Shown: piece after piece, positions 8,352 to 15,076 of the stretch
Position numbering within the stretch: position 1 is the first letter of the stretch
How the letters are laid out: each line of letters begins with the position of its first letter
IMG/VR virus record: IMGVR_UViG_3300021403_000003
Span: 1-49,951 of that record
Strand: one strand, 5' to 3'
DNA: 49,951 nt
From: a virus
Taxonomy: Duplodnaviria > Heunggongvirae > Uroviricota > Caudoviricetes
Program-made: the position numbers and the translations under genes
The notes under the pieces: model-generated
What the model saw: the letters and a program-made list of their open reading frames with translations, nothing else
Told to the model about the DNA's origin: nothing
Databases searched by the model: none

Positions 8352-8762
8352 GTGATCATGATAAACAAGTTGGTTGATAAATTTCTTTCCTGGCCATTGC
8401 CAAAAAGTGTTTGTTCTGACTTGTGCGTCAGTGATTCTAATTACAAGTTCCCAAGATATGGGACAAGTCTGCTTTCGGCTGAGGAAGCTAAACAGATGCT
8501 AGAATATGTATTACAGGAGAACAACGTGAGTGAAGTGAATTTGAAGAAGGGTGATCTGACTGACGAAGTTTGGAGAGAATATGATTTCTCAGGCCGAGTC
8601 TATCGTATTGAAGAGCCAGTGGAACTTTATTTTCGTCCAGGTGGTTCCACTCATCGAATCGTTGATGGTAAGGGAGTGGTTCACTGTGTTCCAGCTCCTG
8701 GTGTCAATGGTTGTGTTGTTCGTTGGAGAGTCAAACCTGGTAAAACTCATGTTCAGTTCTAA
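8352..8762 (+). CDS. hypothetical protein (possibly two fused small phage proteins)
   Basis: 136 aa ORF; internal AGGAG SD (8515-8519) before an in-frame GTG at 8526. Confidence 0.55.
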   Translation: MIMINKLVDKFLSWPLPKSVCSDLCVSDSNYKFPRYGTSLLSAEEAKQMLEYVLQENNVSEVNLKKGDLTDEVWREYDFSGRVYRIEEPVELYFRPGGSTHRIVDGKGVVHCVPAPGVNGCVVRWRVKPGKTHVQF

Positions 8763-8771
8763 GAGGTAATT

Positions 8772-9359
8772 ATGTGGTCTAAACTAAAAGCTTGGATAGT
8801 TGCTCATGCACCATTCAATTTGGCACCAGGAGCAATTGCTGCCGTGTTGTTCCTTATTTTCTTGATTCTTGTTGGTTTGTGGTTTGGTAAAGCACATGCT
8901 GCAACTGTGTTTGATGAAAAACCATATGTTCAATTTAATGTTGGTTCAACAGTGGTTCGTGGTGTTACACCAACATTTGGAATTGATTTGGTAGAACCAA
9001 CGAACCTTATCAAAGGTTCTGATATTGTTGTTGGGATGTTTGCTGTAGGTCGTTCTACTTGGAAGAACTGTCCAATTGATGGTAAAGGAAATCCTCAGTG
9101 TGAATCCAATTTGGTTTGGAGAGCAATTTTTGAAGATACAGTTTATGGAAATTCCTTTGGTGCTGTTCGTGCTGGAATTGGTATTTCTTACATGACCAAT
9201 TATCTTCCTTACAATGGCGGAAATGTTAATGCCAATCTTCAATTGGCTTATGAATTCTATAGAATCCCTATCACACTGACATATACTCATTTCTCATGCG
9301 GCGGATCTTGTAGTCCAAATGCTGGTAGAGATTTGTTGTTGTTGGGTTGGAGATTCTAA
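8772..9359 (+). CDS. outer-membrane beta-barrel, PagL (lipid A 3-O-deacylase)-like
   Basis: Signal/TM segment ending AHA-A; alternating strands; C-terminal YTHFSCGG..PNAGRDLLLLGWRF resembles the PagL H-x-S...PN.G motif; terminal Phe. Confidence 0.6.
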   Translation: MWSKLKAWIVAHAPFNLAPGAIAAVLFLIFLILVGLWFGKAHAATVFDEKPYVQFNVGSTVVRGVTPTFGIDLVEPTNLIKGSDIVVGMFAVGRSTWKNCPIDGKGNPQCESNLVWRAIFEDTVYGNSFGAVRAGIGISYMTNYLPYNGGNVNANLQLAYEFYRIPITLTYTHFSCGGSCSPNAGRDLLLLGWRF

Positions 9360-9605
9360 TTGTGGAAGTTCTTTGGACGCAAACCTGAAAAACCTTCTGG
9401 GAAATTTCAGTATCTTGGTCATTCTGTTCAAGCAAATAAGATTGATCTTTGGGTGAAATTTCCTGATGGTTCTACAGATTTGTTCCGTATTCCACTTGAA
9501 AAAGGTCTACTTGATCAATTTGAGATTGCGAAACAAGCAGAAAGACAAGGTATTAGAGTTATTGGTGAATTTATTGATGCCCAACTGCGGTTGGGAATTA
9601 TATAG
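9360..9605 (+). CDS. hypothetical protein
   Basis: 81 aa ORF abutting the previous stop; ends in TAG. Confidence 0.5.
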   Translation: MWKFFGRKPEKPSGKFQYLGHSVQANKIDLWVKFPDGSTDLFRIPLEKGLLDQFEIAKQAERQGIRVIGEFIDAQLRLGII

Positions 9606-9614
9606 GAGATTGAA

Positions 9615-10007
9615 ATGAAATTGTTACCATGGGTTACAGCTCTATTTTTGACGACAGCATTTGCTCAATCACAGAGTGATGAGCCACCAACAAGTCCGAT
9701 TCAAGCACAAATCTTGGGAAAAATTTTGTCAGGTAAAAAGATTGAATCAGATCCAGCACATAAAGTGCCAAATCAAGACGATCAACCTTTGACAGCTGTG
9801 ATTGTTACACAATGCAATCAAGTTGTTGCTGTATATTTCACAATGTCAAGTGGGAAATTGCTTCGTTTTGGAAAGGAAGCAGGAGTATCAGCCGAAACCC
9901 TTGTTGATTTGGCCTACAAGTCAGCTAAGTACAGTGAAAGAATTGAAGTTTCCTGTAATGGACTTGGTGAAACAGCCAGAGAACCACATTCCAGAAATGA
10001 CACATGA
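9615..10007 (+). CDS. secreted hypothetical protein
   Basis: Signal peptide MKLLPWVTALFLTTAFA; AGGAG SD; two Cys. Confidence 0.65.
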   Translation: MKLLPWVTALFLTTAFAQSQSDEPPTSPIQAQILGKILSGKKIESDPAHKVPNQDDQPLTAVIVTQCNQVVAVYFTMSSGKLLRFGKEAGVSAETLVDLAYKSAKYSERIEVSCNGLGETAREPHSRNDT

Positions 10008-10014
10008 GATTTAA

Positions 10015-10092
10015 ATGAAAGAAGATTACGAAGGTTTGTAGATTCCTGACACATATGTTCATTATGTTGCACGTGGTCCGCCATTCCCTTAA
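10015..10092 (+). other. candidate leader uORF with in-frame amber codon and RGPP motif
   Basis: ATG 10015 reads MKEDYEGL-[TAG 10039-41]-IPDTYVHYVARGPPFP-TAA, in the gap upstream of the Pth2-like gene. Confidence 0.4.
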
Positions 10093-10135
10093 ACTATTGA
10101 GCATCCCGTTCAAATCAAGTTTAAGGAGTCGAAAA

Positions 10136-10852
10136 ATGTTGGATTATAAGAAAGTTTGGTCTCACTTTCGTGTAGAAGGAACAGTGACACCATCACATGT
10201 TGTTGAGTTTTGTATCGTCAAGGCTGTATATGCATCTCGAGGAAATGAAAAGAAAGCCGAGAAGCTTCTCATTCAGTATCTATCAAAGGCTTTCACGCCC
10301 ATCACCCGTAAAAATAGGTTGGAAAATGGAGAGCATGAGTATTCATGCTTACAAAGAGCTATTCAAGGTATAAACAAATCATATGTTCTTGGAGTGCCAT
10401 CAATAGCACTCGAAAATTATGAGCTTCTTTATCATAACCTTCTTGATCATTTGACGTATCGTAAAGTTGCAGAATACAGTAAACGTAAGTACATGTATTT
10501 CTTTGTTCGTCAAGATATACCTAGAGAATATCAATTGGTTCAAACTGCTCATGTTGCATTGGTGAATGGTTGGCAAATCGCATTGGATAAAAGTATGGAT
10601 CCTGTTGATCCAAACAATATCTATTTCACTGTTGTTGGTGTACCTAATCTTGCTGCATTGAAGAAAGTAAGAGAAGATTTGCGTCATTTAGAAATTACTC
10701 ATAGTTTGTTTATAGAGCCTGATTTAGGAGATGAAGCAACATCTATTGCAACGTATCCTATCAAGGTTAATGAAAGAGGAAGACTTTTGACTTACAAGTT
10801 ATTGAGTTTTACTCTTACTGAGTTAGACCCTAAGATAGATCAAGTGGCCTAA
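10136..10852 (+). CDS. protein with C-terminal peptidyl-tRNA hydrolase type 2 (Pth2)-like domain
   Basis: KYMYFFVRQDI..EYQLVQTAHVA ... FTVVGVPNL..L ... FIEPDLGDEATSIATYP matches the Pth2 pattern (VRxDL, AQxxHA, EPD, TAIA). AAGGAG SD supports ATG 10136. Confidence 0.65.
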   Translation: MLDYKKVWSHFRVEGTVTPSHVVEFCIVKAVYASRGNEKKAEKLLIQYLSKAFTPITRKNRLENGEHEYSCLQRAIQGINKSYVLGVPSIALENYELLYHNLLDHLTYRKVAEYSKRKYMYFFVRQDIPREYQLVQTAHVALVNGWQIALDKSMDPVDPNNIYFTVVGVPNLAALKKVREDLRHLEITHSLFIEPDLGDEATSIATYPIKVNERGRLLTYKLLSFTLTELDPKIDQVA

Positions 10853-10855
10853 ATA
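10849..10855 (+). promoter_or_regulatory. T4-type late promoter (CTAAATA) at the 5' end of the tmRNA gene
   Basis: TAAATA variant of TATAAATA; the tmRNA base-pairing begins 2 nt downstream. Confidence 0.55.
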
Positions 10856-10856
10856 G

Positions 10857-11200
10857 GTCACGAAATGGTAGTAAACTGTTGATTAAAGGTGTTCAAGACG
10901 CGGGTGCAATTCCCGCCAGGTCCACCAACAGCACACTTGGCCAGAGGTCATGACTGGTCGTTTCTTGATGATGCCGAAAGGCTAACTGGAGTGTGCTTCT
11001 GATGGGCCTGACTAGCTTCGATTGGGCAAGTAATAACCCAATAGCTACCGGATTGGTGACTGCCCTAAGCAGCACAAAACGTTAAATGCAAACGATACTG
11101 CATTCGATGAAGATGAAGGCTTTGTAGAGCTCGCTCTCGCTGCCTGATTCTGAATCTGGGGTTTTGGTGGCTGTCCTTATCACCCAATCAGCCACCACTT
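10857..11200 (+). ncRNA. ssrA: circularly permuted (two-piece) tmRNA
   Basis: The 3' piece comes first: GAC, T-arm GCGGG-TGCAATT-CCCGC, CAGGTCC-A-CCA (ends 10927). The 5' piece starts GGGCCTG at 11004, giving a 7-bp acceptor stem with G3.U70. Long P2 helix between pieces: TGTTCAA/TTGGGCA, ATTA/TAAT, CTGTTG/CAATAG, GGTAG/CTACC, GTCAC/GTGAC. Tag ORF present. The 3' end is approximate (after hairpin 11166-11196). Confidence 0.92.
11088..11147 (+). other. tmRNA tag reading frame ANDTAFDEDEGFVELALAA
   Basis: Resume codon GCA preceded by TTAAAT; AND start and LAA end typical of proteobacterial ssrA tags. Confidence 0.9.
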
Positions 11201-11217
11201 ATATCATGAGGAAGTTA

Positions 11218-11445
11218 ATGGCTACAAGTGCTGATAAAGATCAATTTTCAATCATGATTGAAACAAGGGCCATCAATGATAAATGTAGTCATATTGATGC
11301 CATAATTTCTCATTGTGAGGAAACTGGGTTAGAAATTGAAGTAGTAAAATCTCTTATCAATATTCAACTAAAAAAGAAGATCGAAGCAGAAGCTCGTACC
11401 TTGAGGATGATCAAGGGAGGAAATGCTTCGAGGTTGCCAGTATGA
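11218..11445 (+). CDS. gp33: late promoter transcription coactivator gp33
   Basis: FSIMIE...IDAII.HCEE.GLEIE.VKSLI...LKKKIEAEA..L; GAGGA SD before ATG 11218; T4 gene 33-59-32 synteny. Confidence 0.85.
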   Translation: MATSADKDQFSIMIETRAINDKCSHIDAIISHCEETGLEIEVVKSLINIQLKKKIEAEARTLRMIKGGNASRLPV

Positions 11446-11783
11446 TTGAATTTGAACCAGAAAATCCTTTCAAAACTACATATGGCTTTGAAAGAAGACA
11501 AAATCCGAGGACAAGAGCAAATCTCAACGTTTATTTGGTCACAACTGATCAAAAAAAGAATGAAAGAAAGATAATCAAATTTCAGTCAATAAATATCAGT
11601 CGTTCTGGATTGCTGATTGATAGTGGTGATTTTCCATTCAGAAAGAACTCTTTTGTTGATTTGGCGTTTATGGCACCAATACAAGAAAATGTAAGTCGTT
11701 TGTATTACATGGATGCTTTTGTTCAACATACTGGCAATGGTAAGACAGGTTTCTCGATGACCAAGAAAGGTCCGAAGCCTTGA
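11442..11783 (+). CDS. PilZ-domain protein (putative c-di-GMP receptor)
   Basis: ERRQNPR (RxxxR) followed by INISRSG (D/N-x-S-x-x-G); 113 aa single domain. Confidence 0.75.
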   Translation: MIEFEPENPFKTTYGFERRQNPRTRANLNVYLVTTDQKKNERKIIKFQSINISRSGLLIDSGDFPFRKNSFVDLAFMAPIQENVSRLYYMDAFVQHTGNGKTGFSMTKKGPKP

Positions 11784-12406
11784 GAGAAGTTTCTACTCTT
11801 CAAGAAAAAGCAGGTGGATTTGTTGCTTGGAAATTATTCACAGCTGTAAGAATCCACTATATGAGTGATTCTTATGACTTCTTCAAGTATAATGGTGAAA
11901 CTAAAGCAGCAGCTTCTTGGGAAGTTTTCAAGAATCATCGAGACAAATACAGTTTTGTGAAACTTGGTAGGATGTATGTCAGGGAGGAAATGATCTATTT
12001 CCTTGGAATAAATTTTTATCATAAACCAAACCTTTGGATTCATGATTTGTTCTTTGATGAAGCTATCCAAATTTATAAATCATGGAAAGAACGACAAATA
12101 CAAAACAATCGATTGCAAGAACTTACAAAGCTTGTATCAAGTGGGTTTAAGGAACTGATTGCAATCCATAAAGAGGAGCACCCAAAACTTTTGGGAAGGA
12201 TGTTGGTGAATGATGTTCACCATGATATCATTTGTTTGGTTGATAAATCAGTGAAATTTACAGATGAATGGTTGAATGCATATCCAACTGATCCAATCGT
12301 TCATGGTACAGTTAACAGATTAAAGAAATATAGCAGATTTGTTCAGAACATTATACATTACGATACAACAGCATACGACAAGATAATTGAGGAGTATTAT
12401 AAATGA
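11780..12406 (+). CDS. gp59: helicase loader gp59
   Basis: LFTAVRIHY.SDSYDFFKYNG, RDKYSFVKL; synteny. Confidence 0.85.
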   Translation: MREVSTLQEKAGGFVAWKLFTAVRIHYMSDSYDFFKYNGETKAAASWEVFKNHRDKYSFVKLGRMYVREEMIYFLGINFYHKPNLWIHDLFFDEAIQIYKSWKERQIQNNRLQELTKLVSSGFKELIAIHKEEHPKLLGRMLVNDVHHDIICLVDKSVKFTDEWLNAYPTDPIVHGTVNRLKKYSRFVQNIIHYDTTAYDKIIEEYYK

Positions 12407-13377
12407 CAAGAGTATCACCAGCTAAGTCAAGACCAAGATCGTCTTTGTTTAATAGTGGAAGTAATGCAGCAGATGGTTATGCAGATGATCATTCAGTCGA
12501 AAATGATGTTTTGTTTGGTGATCAACGTATGTGGTCTGTTTCTGGTGATAGTTATTATGCTTGTGATAAAGCTGAAGATTCTTTGCCAGCAGGTCAGTAT
12601 CTACCTGTATACAGCGAACAAAGAGGTATCTATGTTGTCAAAAAGCAAGTGAATTTGGATGATTTGCTTGTCCTCCCTGATAACAAAACAACTTATGTAT
12701 TAGACGCAATTAATCATTTTTGGTCCAAGCAGGATAAATTCCGTCAACATGGATTCCTTTGGAAGCGTGGTATGCTTTTGTGGGGTCCTCCTGGTTCAGG
12801 AAAAACTAGCTGTATTCAACAATTGTCCAAACAAATTATCGACAAGGGTGGCATTTCTGTTTACTGTACTGTTCCTAACGTGACAGCTGAAGCACTCCGT
12901 ATTATTCGCCGCATTGAACCAACACGTCCAATTGTGGTGATGATTGAGGATATCGATGCTGTTATTTCACGTCATGGTGAACCTGATTTATTGGCATTAT
13001 TGGATGGTGAACTTCAGATTGACAATGTTGTGTATATTGCAACAACCAATTATCCAGAGGAATTAGATCCTCGTTTTGTTCAACGTCCATCTCGTTTTGA
13101 TGAAGTTATCTGTATTGATATGCCAAGCAAAGAAGCACGTAAGACTTACTTGGCTGCAAAGAATCCACGATTGATTGTTAATCCAGAAGAATTGGATCGT
13201 TGGGTTGAATTGACTGAAGGTTTCTCTATAGCAGCAATGAAGGAAGTTGTCGTTGCCGTTGAGTGTTTGGATCGTACAGTTGAATCGACAGTGGAACGTA
13301 TTAAAGAAGTGATGGCCAAGAGACCAACTTCTGAAGATGCACAAAATCCTTTCAAAAAGAAAGTTGGATTTAGCTGA
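12403..13377 (+). CDS. AAA+ ATPase
   Basis: RGMLLWGPPGSGKT (Walker A), VMIEDID (Walker B), LLDG, ATTNYPEELD...RPSRFD (second region of homology). Confidence 0.9.
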   Translation: MTRVSPAKSRPRSSLFNSGSNAADGYADDHSVENDVLFGDQRMWSVSGDSYYACDKAEDSLPAGQYLPVYSEQRGIYVVKKQVNLDDLLVLPDNKTTYVLDAINHFWSKQDKFRQHGFLWKRGMLLWGPPGSGKTSCIQQLSKQIIDKGGISVYCTVPNVTAEALRIIRRIEPTRPIVVMIEDIDAVISRHGEPDLLALLDGELQIDNVVYIATTNYPEELDPRFVQRPSRFDEVICIDMPSKEARKTYLAAKNPRLIVNPEELDRWVELTEGFSIAAMKEVVVAVECLDRTVESTVERIKEVMAKRPTSEDAQNPFKKKVGFS

Positions 13378-13472
13378 AAGTTTAGCTTATTCCATACTAA
13401 ATAATCCACTATATAATGATATATTGAATAAAACATACAGCACATACGACAAAGCATACGAGGTATATAACA

Positions 13473-14420
13473 ATGAGCGATTTCGCAAAACTCCGTCAAA
13501 AATCTTCCATTCAAAATTTGACAACTGCACTGAATTCACAGAACAAATTCAGCCGTGATGAACGTTATTGGGAACCAACTGTTGACAAGGCTGGAAATGG
13601 CTTTGCTGAGATTCGTTTCCTTCCAACACCTCCACAAGATAATGCAGATGGTGATGCACCATTTGTCACAATGTTCAGTCATTCTTTCAAAGGACCAACA
13701 GGTCAGTGGTACATTGAAAATTCATTGACCACCATTGGTTTGGATGATCCTGTTTCTGAACTGAATAGCAAACTCTGGAATAGTGGAGTTGAAGCAAACC
13801 AAAACAAAGCACGTGATCAAAAACGTCGCCTCGGTTACATCAGTAACATTCTTGTTGTGAATGATCCAGGCAATCCTGCTAATAATGGAAAGGTGTTCTT
13901 GTTCCGTTATGGTAAGAAAGTCATGGATAAGATTAAGGACAAGAATGGAACTGGAAGTGAAGTTAAACCAGAGTTTCAAGATCCAGATGATATCAAATTC
14001 AATCCATATAACCCATGGGAAGGTGCCAATTTTAAATTGAATATTCGTCAGGTTGATGGTTTCCGTAACTATGACAAGTCTGAGTTCCGTACCCCAAGTC
14101 AACTTGCAAAGACTGATAAGGAAATTGAGGTAATTTGGCGTCAACAATACAGCCTGAAAGCTGAAATTGCATCTGATAAATTCAAGAGCTACGATGAATT
14201 GAAGAAGAAATTAGAACGTGTTTTGGGTCTCACTAGCACAGGCACTTCATCTTCTACATCAAGTGCTCGTAGAACTGCAGAAGAAGTCAGCCATGAAGAT
14301 TCTGATCGTGAAGAACCTTTGGCAGCTTCTGTTGCAGCTGAAGTAAATACTGCAACAAAATCAACTACGAGTTCAGATGACGATGAATTCGCAGATTTTG
14401 CAAAATTGGCAGATGCTTAA
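13473..14420 (+). CDS. gp32: single-stranded DNA-binding protein gp32
   Basis: DERYWEPTVDKAGNG.AEIRFLP, WYIENSLTTIG..DPV, VFLFRYGKK, GANFKL, NYDKSEF; acidic tail. Confidence 0.95.
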   Translation: MSDFAKLRQKSSIQNLTTALNSQNKFSRDERYWEPTVDKAGNGFAEIRFLPTPPQDNADGDAPFVTMFSHSFKGPTGQWYIENSLTTIGLDDPVSELNSKLWNSGVEANQNKARDQKRRLGYISNILVVNDPGNPANNGKVFLFRYGKKVMDKIKDKNGTGSEVKPEFQDPDDIKFNPYNPWEGANFKLNIRQVDGFRNYDKSEFRTPSQLAKTDKEIEVIWRQQYSLKAEIASDKFKSYDELKKKLERVLGLTSTGTSSSTSSARRTAEEVSHEDSDREEPLAASVAAEVNTATKSTTSSDDDEFADFAKLADA

Positions 14421-14424
14421 AAGC

Positions 14425-14453
14425 TTTACTTCTTGAAATGGTCAGCTTATAAT
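14425..14453 (+). promoter_or_regulatory. sigma70-like early promoter overlapped by an inverted repeat
   Basis: TTTACT-N17-TATAAT; arm GGTCAGCTTA (14440-49) pairs with TAAGCTGACC (14473-82). Confidence 0.65.
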
Positions 14454-14565
14454 GAAACTGTAGGTTGAGTTGTAAGCTGACCAAACGAGGAGTCTAACAT
14501 GCTTCCACGTAAGTAATAATTGAAATTTTCAAATTAAATATATAGTTGAACGCAGATAAAATGGG

Positions 14566-14676
14566 CATTCTGCTTACTATAACAAAAGTTGAAACCTTCT
14601 GCGGGTGAATTTTGTTATAGCTCAGAATGGAATAGATAGAAATGGGCCACGGCACGTCAGGGTGAGTGGTCCATTT
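14566..14676. repeat. two tandem long inverted repeats (structured RNA, terminator or origin candidate)
   Basis: CATTCTG..CTATAACAAAA/TTTTGTTATAG..CAGAATG (14566-14629) and AAATGGGCCAC/GTGGTCCATTT (14640-14676), the latter followed by a T-rich run. Confidence 0.65.
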
Positions 14677-14709
14677 ATTTTTGGCATTGATTTTCTTGGA
14701 AATTCTCCG

Positions 14710-14738
14710 CTTTACTTTTAGAATTCTTACAGTATATT
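14710..14738 (+). promoter_or_regulatory. sigma70-like early promoter
   Basis: CTTTAC-N17-TATATT, followed by a GAGGAG SD and ATG 14766. Confidence 0.5.
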
Positions 14739-14765
14739 GATGTCTACTGAAAAGAGGAGACTATC

Positions 14766-15074
14766 ATGTACGACCGCGACACCAAGTACTTTTATCTGAT
14801 TCATGGTAATACTGATATTTGTCAGGTCAGTGAATTCACTACCGATTTGACAGATGAACAGGCTCTGGAAGTCATCTATGCATTGAGTCAGAATCTGGAA
14901 GATGATAATTGGACAGTTGATGTCAAATACAAATATGGTTGTAAAGTCATCATGCGGGATTCAGTCCCACATCGTTCAACGGCTGTTGGTGATATGGTTT
15001 TGGTCAAACAAGGTGAGCATGAGAAGTTGTATCGGTGTGAAGTTGCGGGTTGGTTTCTTTTGCGCAACAAGTAG
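14766..15074 (+). CDS. hypothetical early protein
   Basis: Strong SD; HRSTAVGDMV motif seen in small phage proteins. Confidence 0.65.
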   Translation: MYDRDTKYFYLIHGNTDICQVSEFTTDLTDEQALEVIYALSQNLEDDNWTVDVKYKYGCKVIMRDSVPHRSTAVGDMVLVKQGEHEKLYRCEVAGWFLLRNK

Positions 15075-15076
15075 AT

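Noticed and set aside
10960-10990. Hammerhead ribozyme in the tmRNA spacer (TGATGA + GCCGAAAGGC)
   Set aside because: The core reads TTGATGA rather than CTGANGA, the stem is followed by TAAC instead of GAAA, and there is no matching stem III/UH site.
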